Assembly: GCA_028715665.1 (NCBI GenBank)
Contig: JAQURI010000001.1
Span: 1 to 63,010, forward strand
DNA from: Candidatus Ratteibacteria bacterium
Lineage (GTDB): Bacteria > CAIJMQ01
Length of the DNA: 63,010 bases
Direction of reading: 5' to 3'
This document shows, piece after piece, positions 1 through 10,269 of this stretch. The notes beneath the pieces are model-generated. The model did no database searches. It had not been told where the DNA came from and saw only the letters and a list, made by a program, of their open reading frames with translations. How positions within the stretch are numbered: position 1 is the stretch's first letter; each line of letters begins with the position of its first letter. The position numbers were made by a program, and so were the translations under genes.

Positions 1-1
1 A

Positions 2-127
2 AACGGTATTACATTATTACAATCAGCAAATACATTATTAATAGATGTGGTTGGGCGGGGTACGCTCCTTCCCGTACTGAAGTACAGGGTATCCGCTACC
101 CCTGCACCCCACGGAGGAACACAATGA
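2..127 (+). CDS. 3' end of an upstream gene (partial, hypothetical)
   Basis: The frame is open from the window edge to TGA at 125-127, which overlaps the next ATG (ATGA). The C-terminus reads ...PAPHGGTQ. Confidence 0.3.
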   Translation, partial: NGITLLQSANTLLIDVVGRGTLLPVLKYRVSATPAPHGGTQ

Positions 128-1509
128 GTTATATAACAGATAAGTTAAAAACTAAAATCCTTGACCGAACAGCAGTAATTACTGTTATCGGTCTTGGATA
201 TGTCGGTCTGCCGACCGCAGTACAGTTTGCAGAAAAAGGGTTCACTGTTTACGGAGCAGATAAAAACAAAAAAATAGTGGATTTACTCAATAAAGGCGGA
301 TGTCATCTCAACGACCTGAACATTGGGCAAAGGGTAAAAGATTTGGTATTAACCGGAAAAATTATCCCCGTAACCGAAACGTCCCGTGCAGTTAATAAAA
401 GTGATATTATCCTGATTATTGTTCCAACCCCGGTATATGCAGATAAAACCCCGGATTTGCGCCCGGTTATTTCAGCAGGAGAAGATGTTGCGGAAACACT
501 TTCGCAGGGTAAACTGGTCGTACTTGAATCAACAGTATATCCCGGACTGACAGAGGAAATACTCATTCCAATACTGGAAAAAAGTGTCTGGAGACTGAGA
601 CTGGAAGCCGGGGCGGATTTCGGGGTCGCTCATGTACCCGAACGATACAATCCGGGAGATAGCAAACATTCAATTACTGATGTCGTTCGTGTAGTAGGAG
701 CAATTGACCCGGACTGGCTTGAAGTCACAAGCCTGCTTTACAGGCAGATTCTCAAGGATGTATGTGAAGTAAAGAACATCAAGACCGCAGAAGCATCAAA
801 GGTTATTGAAAACATCCAGAGAGACCTGAATATTGCTCTGATGAATGAACTCGCCCTGATATTCGAACGAATGGGAATTGATGTAGTGGATGTCATCAAG
901 GCAGCATCGACAAAATGGAACTTCGCTACTTATTATCCCGGTGCGGGCGTCGGAGGCCATTGTCTCACCACTGACCCCTACTACCTGACACATAAAGCCG
1001 AAGAGCTTGGTTTTCACGCTAAAGTTATCCTCGCAGGCCGGGCGGTAAATGACAGTATGCCGTATCACGTACTTGACCTGCTCATCGATGCCCTGAACGA
1101 GCACAAACTGTCAGTGAACGGCTCAAAGATAGTAATTCTGGGCATGGCATATAAAGAGAACATAGGCGATATCAGGGAAGCACCGGCAACACCCCTGATG
1201 AGGGAACTAAGATTACGTGGTGCAGAAATCGTTGTAATTGACCCGTATCTGGATGAACTGACCAGAGAAATGAATCCTACATGGTGTTTTAACCGGTCAA
1301 CAATGTACAGTGCAATGGTTGCCGCCGATGCTATAGTTCTCATGACTGCACATACAGAGTTCTACGGTCTTGACTTGGGTAGAATGGCCAGTCAGGTCAG
1401 GACACCGATTTTAATAGACGGCAGGCGGATATTCGACCCGGAAGAAGCGAAAAAGCACGGGTTCACATACAGAGGGGTTGGTGCACAAAACGGGGGGGGG
1501 GAAAAATGA
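124..1509 (+). CDS. UDP-glucose/GDP-mannose dehydrogenase family protein (UDP-N-acetyl-amino-sugar 6-dehydrogenase-like)
   Basis: N-terminal Rossmann motif VIGLGYVGLPTA and catalytic-Cys motif GGHCLTTDPYY. Length is 461 aa, with a strong SD (GGAGGA) upstream. Confidence 0.9.
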   Translation: MSYITDKLKTKILDRTAVITVIGLGYVGLPTAVQFAEKGFTVYGADKNKKIVDLLNKGGCHLNDLNIGQRVKDLVLTGKIIPVTETSRAVNKSDIILIIVPTPVYADKTPDLRPVISAGEDVAETLSQGKLVVLESTVYPGLTEEILIPILEKSVWRLRLEAGADFGVAHVPERYNPGDSKHSITDVVRVVGAIDPDWLEVTSLLYRQILKDVCEVKNIKTAEASKVIENIQRDLNIALMNELALIFERMGIDVVDVIKAASTKWNFATYYPGAGVGGHCLTTDPYYLTHKAEELGFHAKVILAGRAVNDSMPYHVLDLLIDALNEHKLSVNGSKIVILGMAYKENIGDIREAPATPLMRELRLRGAEIVVIDPYLDELTREMNPTWCFNRSTMYSAMVAADAIVLMTAHTEFYGLDLGRMASQVRTPILIDGRRIFDPEEAKKHGFTYRGVGAQNGGGEK

Positions 1510-2012
1510 TATTAAATAAAAACCAAATCGCAAAAAGAATACTCAACGACCCGCCGATGGTTGATAATATTATAGACTTAAACGTACAGTTACAGCCGAC
1601 AGGACTGGATTTAACGGTAAAAAAAATATATAAATGGGCTTCAGCAGGAGAGCTTGATTTCGATAATTCAAGAAGGATATTATCTGAAAAAGTCGAAATT
1701 GAGTTAGATAAGAACGGATGGTATCAATTGGCTCCCGGAAGTTACCAAATTGAAGTAAATGAATTGTTCAACATGCCTCTTGATGTGGCGGGAGAAACAA
1801 TATTCTGGAGTTCATTACAGAGATGCGGAGCAGCAATTGAAACCGGATTCTTTGACCCCGGATACATAGGAAAAGGTGTATGTTTGTTAATAGTTTCTAA
1901 TAAATACGGATTATACCTTTCTGAAAACGCACGAGTATGCCAGATTATTTTCCATGAAACGGAAAAAACAGAAGGCTATAACGGAGTTTATCACAAGAAC
2001 GGAGGAACATAA
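1506..2012 (+). CDS. dCTP deaminase/dUTPase superfamily protein (archaeal Dut/Dcd-like)
   Basis: Carries LQPTGLDLTV and SSLQRCG...GFFDPGYIG motifs typical of the trimeric dCTP deaminase/dUTPase fold. ATGA overlap with the upstream gene. Confidence 0.7.
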   Translation: MILNKNQIAKRILNDPPMVDNIIDLNVQLQPTGLDLTVKKIYKWASAGELDFDNSRRILSEKVEIELDKNGWYQLAPGSYQIEVNELFNMPLDVAGETIFWSSLQRCGAAIETGFFDPGYIGKGVCLLIVSNKYGLYLSENARVCQIIFHETEKTEGYNGVYHKNGGT

Positions 2013-2962
2013 TGAACATTTTATTAACCGGATGTGCAGGCTTTATTGGAAGCAGAACAACACACCTCTTGCTTGAGCGGGGGGATAACGTAGTTGGAAT
2101 AGATAATCTCAGCGATAAAGGGTATAGTGGAGAGGTAAAACAAAAAAGATTAAAAGGTCTGATTGGAAAAACCGGATTCCGTTTCAAACATGTTGATATA
2201 ACATCCAAACAGGGAATACTCGACCTGTTTGCTCTGAACAAGTTCGATGCAGTAATAAACCTCGCAGCCTTGGCGGGAGTTAGAGCCAGTCTTGAGAATC
2301 CACAGGAATTTCTTGACGTCAACATAGGCGGGACATTAAACCTGCTTGAAGCCTGTGTAAAGAAGAACGGGGTAAATAAGTTCGTTGTAGCGTCATCGTC
2401 AAGTGTATATGGAGATGGACAGCACGAAGCAGCAAGTGAAACAATGGTGACTGATTATCCACTTACCCAGTACGGAGCAACAAAGAAAGCCGTGGAAGTG
2501 ATGTGTTATGCTTATCATCATATTTACGGGTTGGATGTCAGTGCCCTCAGGTTTTTTACAACATATGGGTGCTCAGGAAGACCAGATATGAGTATTTACA
2601 GATTTATAGAAGGGATAAAGAACGGTCGGGAAATTGAAGTCTTCGGAGATGGCTTCCAAAAACGGGATTTCACATACGTTGACGATATCGCAGCAGGAAC
2701 TATCGCCGCTCTACAAGGAGTTGGATTTGAAGCAATTAATCTGGGGAACAGCAATCCAGTAACGTTGAATTACGTTATCCAGTTAATAGAAAACGAACTC
2801 GGAAAAGAAGCAAAAATCAAGTATTCTCCCCGGAACAAAGCCGATGTGCTAATTAATTACGCAGATATCAGAAAAGCGAAACGACTTCTTGACTGGGAAC
2901 CGAAAGTAAGGATAGATGAAGGAATTAAAAGAACAGTAGCATGGCATCTTGCCCAGAAATAG
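2012..2962 (+). CDS. NAD-dependent sugar-nucleotide epimerase (UDP-glucuronate 4-epimerase-like SDR)
   Basis: N-terminal GCAGFIGS glycine motif, catalytic YGATK (YxxxK), 316 aa. TAATG overlap with the upstream gene. Confidence 0.85.
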   Translation: MNILLTGCAGFIGSRTTHLLLERGDNVVGIDNLSDKGYSGEVKQKRLKGLIGKTGFRFKHVDITSKQGILDLFALNKFDAVINLAALAGVRASLENPQEFLDVNIGGTLNLLEACVKKNGVNKFVVASSSSVYGDGQHEAASETMVTDYPLTQYGATKKAVEVMCYAYHHIYGLDVSALRFFTTYGCSGRPDMSIYRFIEGIKNGREIEVFGDGFQKRDFTYVDDIAAGTIAALQGVGFEAINLGNSNPVTLNYVIQLIENELGKEAKIKYSPRNKADVLINYADIRKAKRLLDWEPKVRIDEGIKRTVAWHLAQK

Positions 2963-2968
2963 GAAAAA

Positions 2969-4216
2969 ATGAAAACAAACGGCAAAAACATCTATTTCAG
3001 GCGGCTCGGTCTTGTAGGAGCATCAGGCATAGTTTTGATGGTCAGTGGAATAATCCTGATGCCAATAATGACAAAAACATTGCCGGTAGAAGATTATGGC
3101 CGATGGGTTCAACTACTCACAGTATTACGTATCGGGTTTATTCTATCAGAGATGGGAATTTCAATAGCTATGTTGAGGTTCTTGCCATCAGAAACGGATA
3201 AAACGAAAATCAGTGACCAATTTCATACAACACTGGCAACAATCCTGACGTTGAATCTGTTAGCATCTGCCGTTCTATTAATATCCCCGCAGACAGTAGC
3301 AAATTATCTGTTTGGTGGAAAAACAGAACTTGTGTACTGCATACAGATAATTCTTCCGATAGTGGGAATAAACACAGTATGCCTGTATTATTTCAGAGCA
3401 AAAAACCAGATTAAGAAATATACATTATTCACAAATCTTCAAGCCTATCTCATTGTAGCGATAGTCGGAGCATTAGTAATAACGTATAAAAATATTATGT
3501 TTGCTGTTGCGGGATATACTCTTGCACAGTTGGTAATATTCTGGATAATGTTTGTCATTATCGTAAAAGAAATTGGAATTAATGCACCAAACACGGCATA
3601 TTTAAAATCTTATTTCAAGTTCGGATTACCGATTCTATCATCAAACATAACTGACATAATTCTCGGAAACAGTGACAGGGTACTAATAGGCATATTTCTG
3701 AGCATGGCGTCAATTGGATATTACAATGCAGCTTATACCATTGGGTTTGCTTTAATGTTTCTGGCGACCCCATTCACGACAGTATTACCACAAACACTCA
3801 TAAATTTATACGACCACGGAAAAATAATTGAAACAAAAGAAGAGACTGCAAAAGCAATAAAATACTTTTTATATCTTGCAATCCCGGCAGGAATAATAGT
3901 ATCGCTTTTTGGAGAAACGATACTTAAAATCATAACAACTAAGGAAATCGCACAAGAATCATCGTATCTTATCCCGTTTTTCGTGATAAGTGCCATTATA
4001 TCTGGAAGTCAGGGAATACTATCGAACTATTTATTAGTTATCAAAGAAACACAGCTACTCTTATTGATAAAAATCATAGCCGCAATTACAGCACTGGCTC
4101 TAAGTCTCATATTAATCCCAAAAATAGGATTAATCGGTGCGATGGTTTCAATGATTGTAGCGAACACCATACAATTTTCGATAACAGCACATAGGATATG
4201 GAGAGAAAAAACGTGA
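2969..4216 (+). CDS. Polysaccharide/oligosaccharide flippase (MOP superfamily, Wzx-like)
   Basis: 415 aa and highly hydrophobic, with about 12 predicted TM segments. Sits within a glycan gene cluster. Confidence 0.7.
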   Translation: MKTNGKNIYFRRLGLVGASGIVLMVSGIILMPIMTKTLPVEDYGRWVQLLTVLRIGFILSEMGISIAMLRFLPSETDKTKISDQFHTTLATILTLNLLASAVLLISPQTVANYLFGGKTELVYCIQIILPIVGINTVCLYYFRAKNQIKKYTLFTNLQAYLIVAIVGALVITYKNIMFAVAGYTLAQLVIFWIMFVIIVKEIGINAPNTAYLKSYFKFGLPILSSNITDIILGNSDRVLIGIFLSMASIGYYNAAYTIGFALMFLATPFTTVLPQTLINLYDHGKIIETKEETAKAIKYFLYLAIPAGIIVSLFGETILKIITTKEIAQESSYLIPFFVISAIISGSQGILSNYLLVIKETQLLLLIKIIAAITALALSLILIPKIGLIGAMVSMIVANTIQFSITAHRIWREKT

Positions 4217-5412
4217 GAGTCAAATTAACAGAAGCAGGAGAAAAAGCAGTAGCGCAAATGGAAATCCCGGAAGCAGTAAAAGAACAATGGGAATCAATAT
4301 GGCACGAAGGAAATCTTGTCCTGTTCATGACTTACGGGATGTCACTCAGGAAATGGGATGAAGCCGGAACACTGGAACGGGAACTTAAATTGTACAGGGA
4401 ACTGAAGAACAATTTAAAATCAATATCAATTGTAACATACGGAAATGCTTCAGAGCCGTACATAGAAGGGATTAACGTCCTTTACAATAATACATGGATG
4501 CCGGACTGGTTATACTCTATATTCGCTCCATGGATACACAGGCACATTCTCAGGGAAGCAGATTATTTCAAAACCAATCAGATTCCGGGTAGCTGGTGTG
4601 CCGTAATTGCTAAGATATTATTCAAAAAACGCCTGATAATCCGGCAGGGCTACCCATGGCTTCAGACCCTGAAAGAACATAAAGCCCCAATCTGGAAACG
4701 AATACTTGCAGAGATAACAGAAACAATTGCATACAGTGCAGCAGATAGCATTATCGTAACCACAGAAAGGGATAAAAAAACAATCATCGAAAAAAGCGCA
4801 GATATATACCGGAAAACCCATGTCATCTCAAATTATATTGATACAGACTTGTTCAAACCAGACCCGGAAAAGAGAGTTCCAAATAGGATTCTCTATGTAG
4901 GAAGGATAGCGTACGAAAAGAATTTAAAGTCTTTAATTTTAGCGGTAAAATCGCTGGATATTGAATTGATTATGATAGGTGACGGCGAAATAAAACAGCA
5001 AATACTGACTTTGGCAAGCAGGATAGGAGTTATAGATATCAAGTTCCTAGGAATTATGAAGAACGAAGACCTTGTTCAAGAATACCAGAAAGCAGACCAG
5101 TTTATACTTCCATCGATATATGAAGGAAATCCCAAAGCCCTCATGGAAGCCATGGCGTGTGGGTGTATGGTCATAGGAACGAATGTCCGGGGAATAAAGG
5201 AATTAATTGACGACGGAAAAACCGGATTCTTATGTGAAATAACACCGACATCAATAAATGCTGCATTATGTCGGGCGCACTTTACATCAACAAATCATCC
5301 AAAAGAAGCGGACGAGATTCGAAACAGAGCAAGGGATATGATAGTGAATAATCACTCGTTACGTTTAGCAGTTAAAAAAGAACTAAAAATTCTAAGAGGA
5401 GTACAAGAATGA
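4198..5412 (+). CDS. Glycosyltransferase, GT4 family (GT-B fold)
   Basis: C-terminal EGNPKALMEAMACGCMVIGTNVRGIKELIDDGKTGFL (E-x7-E type GT1/GT4 signature). Confidence 0.85.
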   Translation: MERKNVRVKLTEAGEKAVAQMEIPEAVKEQWESIWHEGNLVLFMTYGMSLRKWDEAGTLERELKLYRELKNNLKSISIVTYGNASEPYIEGINVLYNNTWMPDWLYSIFAPWIHRHILREADYFKTNQIPGSWCAVIAKILFKKRLIIRQGYPWLQTLKEHKAPIWKRILAEITETIAYSAADSIIVTTERDKKTIIEKSADIYRKTHVISNYIDTDLFKPDPEKRVPNRILYVGRIAYEKNLKSLILAVKSLDIELIMIGDGEIKQQILTLASRIGVIDIKFLGIMKNEDLVQEYQKADQFILPSIYEGNPKALMEAMACGCMVIGTNVRGIKELIDDGKTGFLCEITPTSINAALCRAHFTSTNHPKEADEIRNRARDMIVNNHSLRLAVKKELKILRGVQE

Positions 5413-6260
5413 GCACAAAAATATACAATGGATATTATATCGACCAGCGTGACCTGTTAGCCCTGAACAAGTTCAGCATGAAACTTAGAAAGGCGATACG
5501 GGAAAAACAGAAGGAACTATACGCAAGAAAACTGGTAGACCTCGCAACAGAGACCTATGATACCAGAACACTCATAAAAGCGGGATACTATAAGCCAGAA
5601 GAAGAAGATGAAAAGACCAGAGCCAATATAGCATGGTACGTAGCTTACTCGACGATAGAAGAGCGATATCAAAAAACACAGGGAACACTAACAAGAGACG
5701 TGGATTATGACCTGACATGCGATGTCACGGTAATCCCGACAAAAACTAAAATCTTGGCAATGGTACATGCAGAACAGCCGGAATTTCATAAAGTATTTGA
5801 AAATTTAAAAGGTGTTCATAAATATGCATACTGGGACGGGGATTCGGATATTCCAGATGGGTTAACTGAAAAAGAATTCAGTGACCGTGGAAAAGAATGG
5901 GATAAGGCAATGCCATCAGGTATCCCGTCAATGTATGGATTCAATATAGCGTGCACACAACAATTCCTGCCATGGATAGAACGGGATGTATTTTTTATGA
6001 TTGCTCCGATAGCACCACTGGAAGAGAGGGTGAAAGAGCACGCAAAAGAAATAGTATCAAGGCGATTCTTTAAACACACGATACAAGGGGACACAGCACC
6101 ATTAAACGAGATTGTTCCAAGGGTATCGGAATGGATAGATTATATGGAATCAGACGATGGCAAAAAGGAGATAGAGACCATAAAAGAAGAACTCAGAGCG
6201 TATTTAAAAAATCCACTGACACCAGAAGACCTTTTTGCAGAGCCGGAGGAAATAAAATGA
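5409..6260 (+). CDS. Hypothetical protein
   Basis: 283-aa ORF with an ATGA overlap to the upstream gene. No recognisable motif. Confidence 0.55.
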   Translation: MSTKIYNGYYIDQRDLLALNKFSMKLRKAIREKQKELYARKLVDLATETYDTRTLIKAGYYKPEEEDEKTRANIAWYVAYSTIEERYQKTQGTLTRDVDYDLTCDVTVIPTKTKILAMVHAEQPEFHKVFENLKGVHKYAYWDGDSDIPDGLTEKEFSDRGKEWDKAMPSGIPSMYGFNIACTQQFLPWIERDVFFMIAPIAPLEERVKEHAKEIVSRRFFKHTIQGDTAPLNEIVPRVSEWIDYMESDDGKKEIETIKEELRAYLKNPLTPEDLFAEPEEIK

Positions 6261-6715
6261 AATCAATAGGAGCAATACAAATAATAAAAAAAGAAGCAAG
6301 AGAAGGGAACGCGAGAGTATCGATAGAACTGGGAACGTTGTATATTCCTTTACAACAGAAAGACGCAGATTCAATAGAGCTAATCGAAGAGGTTCTTCAT
6401 GACCCTGAACTGGAATCAATGACGAATGGAGAACTAGTAGAACTACTCCAAGAAGCAATATTTCAACTTCAAATCGAACTGCGGTTAAATAAACGCATAA
6501 AACCACATGACGGAATCTATTTCAGCGACCTTATTAAAAGAAAAGCATATCAACACATCGAACGCTTAAGAAAAGGGCGAACAGATTCAGAAATAATTGA
6601 AATTTTTCAGGATGCAATGGTCTGGTTTAATATTATAGCCATTTTAAAATATACTGACGAGGTACAAATAAAAAAGAAGGCAGAGGAGAAAGATGACAAA
6701 ACAATGCCTAATTAA
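6257..6715 (+). CDS. Hypothetical protein
   Basis: The in-frame ATG at 6257 overlaps the upstream stop (ATGA). The longer track ORF from 6131 would overlap the upstream gene by 130 nt. Confidence 0.45.
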   Translation: MKSIGAIQIIKKEAREGNARVSIELGTLYIPLQQKDADSIELIEEVLHDPELESMTNGELVELLQEAIFQLQIELRLNKRIKPHDGIYFSDLIKRKAYQHIERLRKGRTDSEIIEIFQDAMVWFNIIAILKYTDEVQIKKKAEEKDDKTMPN

Positions 6716-7463
6716 CGATTGCAAGCGCGATTATTATAAACACGGTTTCTGTAAAAAGCATCATCCTTCTACCTGTGCAATAGACCTCTCATTGAGGTTT
6801 ACACTTTACGTACATATGCTATCCTATCGTATGGCAGGCGTTCTAGCTTCCATGAAAGAGGGTGGCATCCATCCAAAACACCGCATCCAGAACCATCATA
6901 AATTTTTCCTTGATAATATCGAGCCGGCAGACAGGGTGCTGGACGTAGGCTGTGGAGATGGTGTCCTGACCGCAGACATGGCGTCTAAGGCGTCTTTTGT
7001 CATAGGGATAGATATCAATGCCTCCCGTATAGAAACAGCAAAGGAACGTAATATGCGTGACAATACGAGATATTTCAGTGGGGATGCAACATCAATTAAA
7101 ATGATGGCTCTGGCATATTCACAGAAATATGAAGTAATAACAATGAGCAATGTGCTTGAACACATCGATAAAAGAATAGACTTCTTATCCTTCTGGGGAA
7201 AAAGGGCAAAGAAGTTACTGATACGAGTTCCAGCACTTGACAGGGGCTGGCTCCCGGTTTACATGAAGGAACTGGGAATGGATTACCGACTTGATAAAAC
7301 GCACCGGACTGAATATACAGTTGAAACTTTGAACAAAGAACTCAACGCAGCCGGGTTAACTCTAATCTCACACACGACAAATTTCGGAGAAATTCTTGCA
7401 GTGGTAAAAGAAGAAGAAAAAAAGGTAGAAAATGAAAACGATAATTATTTCAGACCTTCATAA
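6693..7463 (+). CDS. Class I SAM-dependent methyltransferase with N-terminal Cys-rich segment
   Basis: SAM-binding motif I VLDVGCGDGVLT. The N-terminus reads CLINDCKRDYYKHGFCKKHH. Confidence 0.8.
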   Translation: MTKQCLINDCKRDYYKHGFCKKHHPSTCAIDLSLRFTLYVHMLSYRMAGVLASMKEGGIHPKHRIQNHHKFFLDNIEPADRVLDVGCGDGVLTADMASKASFVIGIDINASRIETAKERNMRDNTRYFSGDATSIKMMALAYSQKYEVITMSNVLEHIDKRIDFLSFWGKRAKKLLIRVPALDRGWLPVYMKELGMDYRLDKTHRTEYTVETLNKELNAAGLTLISHTTNFGEILAVVKEEEKKVENENDNYFRPS

Positions 7464-8175
7464 TCGAGTTGATTGGGTAGAGCCTGCCCTTTCATCACTG
7501 CAATACGACAAAGTTATCTTTCTTGGAGATTATTTTGATGATTTTTACGATAATCTTGATGACATAAAGAAGGTTGCAAAATGGCTCAAACAATCTCTGC
7601 CAAAGCCAGACAGAATTCATCTGTGTGGAACGCATGACATGTGGTATAGGTTTCCTAATAATCCATACCTCCAAGCAAGTGGCAATACAATGCAAAAATT
7701 GAATGTAATAAACCAGATTCTTACGGATGATGATTGGAATTTATTGAGATTATACTATTATGAACAGGGTTTCCTGTTAACACATGCGGGAGTGCATTCA
7801 TTCCTTTTCGGAAATAATAATTTGAGTATACAAGAAATGCTTAATCTGATAAAATCTGAAACCGAGAAAGCATTGCAAGATGTCAAGAATGGTAAAATAA
7901 ATCCGTGTCTGGACGCTGGATTTGCCAGAAGAGGCGGGCAGGTAGTTGGAGGCATAACGTGGTTGGATTGGCATGATGAATTTGAACCAGTGCCTCATTT
8001 AAATCAGATAGTTGGACACACAGAGTTAAAGAAACCGGAAAAGAAAATCACAGAGAATAGCGAGAATTATTGCCTAGATACAAAAAATAAGCATATAGGA
8101 ATACTTAAGAATGGGATATTTACATTCGTGGGGTCAAGGGGTAAAAATCGCCCCGTGCCTTCAAGCTGGGGCTGA
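7432..8175 (+). CDS. Metallophosphoesterase (calcineurin-like); last ~15 codons lie in an IS left-end relic
   Basis: Motifs ISDLHNR, GDYFDD, GTHD, THAG and VGHTE. The 3' end (8130-8175) is encoded by the IS200/IS605 LE-like repeat. Confidence 0.8.
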   Translation: MKTIIISDLHNRVDWVEPALSSLQYDKVIFLGDYFDDFYDNLDDIKKVAKWLKQSLPKPDRIHLCGTHDMWYRFPNNPYLQASGNTMQKLNVINQILTDDDWNLLRLYYYEQGFLLTHAGVHSFLFGNNNLSIQEMLNLIKSETEKALQDVKNGKINPCLDAGFARRGGQVVGGITWLDWHDEFEPVPHLNQIVGHTELKKPEKKITENSENYCLDTKNKHIGILKNGIFTFVGSRGKNRPVPSSWG

Positions 8176-8198
8176 ATCATATCCCTTGGAATAGTAAC
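8130..8198 (+). repeat. IS200/IS605 left-end (LE) relic, copy A
   Basis: GGGGTCAAGGGGTAAAAATCGCCCCGTGCCTTCAAGCTGGGGCTGAATCATATCCCTTGGAATAG aligns nearly base for base with 14392-14462. It also aligns with the reverse complement of 20630-20697, the LE of the complete IS. The GC hairpin is retained. Confidence 0.7.
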
Positions 8199-8300
8199 GA
8201 TAGGGTTATTCTTCTTGGCTCAGAATCCTGCTTGCAACTGCCAGCAGCCCTAAAATCGGATACAGCGCATCGTATAGTTCTACCATAACTCAAATAGACA
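8199..8300 (-). pseudogene. Possible decayed 3' fragment of an IS200-type tnpA
   Basis: The minus-strand translation ..SYGRTIRCAVSDFRAAGSCKQ.. loosely parallels the TnpA C-terminus SYYVGTAGTVSAETIKMYIQNQ. It lies where tnpA sits relative to LE in the intact IS. The similarity is weak. Confidence 0.25.
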
Positions 8301-8346
8301 CTCAGTTTGGGCATATATCCTTTTCCGGTATGTACGTACAGAAGGC

Positions 8347-8379
8347 TAACCGATAGCTTTATCGTAATTATGTCACAAA
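8347..8379 (+). promoter_or_regulatory. Conserved promoter-like cassette, copy 1
   Basis: Sequence TAACCGATAGCTTTATCGTAATTATGTCACAAA. The palindrome TGTACGTACA (8331-8340) lies 6 nt upstream. Confidence 0.6.
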
Positions 8380-8390
8380 AGCATCTGATA

Positions 8391-8531
8391 ATGAAAAGCA
8401 AAGGTAGAAAAGATATAAAAAGAAAGCTAAACTTATTTCAAAAAGAAGCGTTAATTGCTATTGAAAACGCACGAGCCATTGTTACAATCCGGAAGAAAAA
8501 AGCAAGAAACGGCCACGAGGCAATAAAATGA
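8391..8531 (+). CDS. Small basic hypothetical protein
   Basis: First ATG downstream of cassette copy 1, with ATGA overlap to the following GT4 gene. An alternative start is the ATG inside the cassette (8370). Confidence 0.35.
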   Translation: MKSKGRKDIKRKLNLFQKEALIAIENARAIVTIRKKKARNGHEAIK

Positions 8532-9610
8532 TTCGCACCGGATTAAATTATCTTGTAGATTATACAGGAAACATGACCACAGACGCAAAACTCAACTATG
8601 TCGTCGAGTCCAGAGACTGGTCAATAAAAGAGGACGGAAAGGAAATTACAAGCCGGATGAATCGTGCAAAGAGCCGGTTCGATTTAAATCCGATTATGAA
8701 AAGCCGAATAACAACAACAGCAAAAGGCTTACGAAACAAAATCATTCATTTCGGCTCAGTGAACACATATTCAATTCCTCACGAATCGAATCGATGTGCA
8801 ATGTCATGGTTCCATATCACTCAGAACGACGAGAACCTGAAAAACATCAAGGAAATAGGAAAACATATCGAGATAATTCATACTACAAACCAGATAACCA
8901 GAAACATTTTCATCGGTATGGGTGCAGACGAAAGCAAAATAGTAACCATCCCCCTCGGCATAGACCTCACCCAGTTCAAACCTATATCCGAAGTAGATGG
9001 ATACTGGGAACTCAGGAACAAGCTAGGGATTCCGGCAGATGTGAAGGTAATAGGTAGCTTTCAAAAGGACTCAAATGGCTGGGATGAAAAAAAAGACAGC
9101 AGCCCAAAGTGGGTTAAGAATCCGGAGGCATTTATTCAAGTCGTAAAAAGGATACACAGGCAATATGATGGAAAAATATATGTGCTTCTTCTGGGGGCGA
9201 ACAGAAGCTATGTAAAAAATCAATTACAAACGCATGGGATACCATTCAAACATATTTATCTAAAAAATCACAAGGACGTAGCTATATACTATAAAGCAAT
9301 AGATATATATTTGGTAACATCTCGTTCTGAAGGTATGCCGAAAGCCATTTTAGAGAGCATGGCATCAGGGATTCCGATTATCAGTACCCCTGTTGGGATA
9401 GCAAAGGAAATAATAGAAGACGGTGAAAATGGTTTCCTCGTAGACATTGATGACACTACAGGAATGACAAATTACGCACTTGATATTTTGAACAGTGATT
9501 CGCTTGCACGCAGATTAAGGGTTGGGGGCATAGAAACAGCTAAAAAATATTCATGGAATATTATAGCGAAAAGATTTTATCATGAAATCTACAAGCAATT
9601 AGAGGAATAG
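8528..9610 (+). CDS. Glycosyltransferase, GT4 family
   Basis: Signature SRSEGMPKAILESMASGIPIISTPVGIAKEIIEDGENGFLV. Confidence 0.85.
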   Translation: MIRTGLNYLVDYTGNMTTDAKLNYVVESRDWSIKEDGKEITSRMNRAKSRFDLNPIMKSRITTTAKGLRNKIIHFGSVNTYSIPHESNRCAMSWFHITQNDENLKNIKEIGKHIEIIHTTNQITRNIFIGMGADESKIVTIPLGIDLTQFKPISEVDGYWELRNKLGIPADVKVIGSFQKDSNGWDEKKDSSPKWVKNPEAFIQVVKRIHRQYDGKIYVLLLGANRSYVKNQLQTHGIPFKHIYLKNHKDVAIYYKAIDIYLVTSRSEGMPKAILESMASGIPIISTPVGIAKEIIEDGENGFLVDIDDTTGMTNYALDILNSDSLARRLRVGGIETAKKYSWNIIAKRFYHEIYKQLEE

Positions 9611-9710
9611 CAAAATCCCGTCTTGTTTGCCTTCAGGACGTTTCGTTGTTCAAGTTACAGTTAGATTTATAATGCTTCATCTTCATGTGTGTTTATAAAG
9701 AGGAATATTG

Positions 9711-10262
9711 ATGAAAATTAAACCGGTATTGTATGTGATTGTGTTGATTGCAGCGATTGGGTTGAGCGGATGTGTTCAGAATCCGAAAATAGAACAAACA
9801 GTCCAAATCCCAGAATTAAAACAGGCAAGTGCTTCCATTAAAATAACTGAGATTACGGACATGTTGTTATCTTACGACCAGAGATATGTATCTTCATCGG
9901 ACGGACGGTTTAAAATGCTAAAATCTGTTGGGTGGTTTGACCCGAATTCAAACTATCAACAGGTAACAGTATATCACGACATCACATCAGCAGGTTTATC
10001 TAATCAGTTACATCTGTATTTATCAGCATTAGACAGTCCAACAGTCTTATCATTAAGCGGGAATGGGCTTCCTGCAAATTATGGTTATATGTCCACCACG
10101 TTCAACAACCAGAAAGGCTCAAATCAGATAAGAGTTTATGAAGTGTATATTGACTACAAAGTACCCGAAACTCAACCAGTCCCAACAGGGGAATTATATA
10201 TTAACGCGGGCGAAAACCGTTTAACTATTAACTTCGGGGCACCAACATCCGGTTTTATTTAG
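9711..10262 (+). CDS. Secreted lipoprotein-like hypothetical protein
   Basis: Signal peptide with lipobox-like LSGC. TTTATAAA lies about 30 nt upstream. The ATG at 9711 is preferred over the TTG at 9708. Confidence 0.55.
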   Translation: MKIKPVLYVIVLIAAIGLSGCVQNPKIEQTVQIPELKQASASIKITEITDMLLSYDQRYVSSSDGRFKMLKSVGWFDPNSNYQQVTVYHDITSAGLSNQLHLYLSALDSPTVLSLSGNGLPANYGYMSTTFNNQKGSNQIRVYEVYIDYKVPETQPVPTGELYINAGENRLTINFGAPTSGFI

Positions 10263-10269
10263 TTAATTT

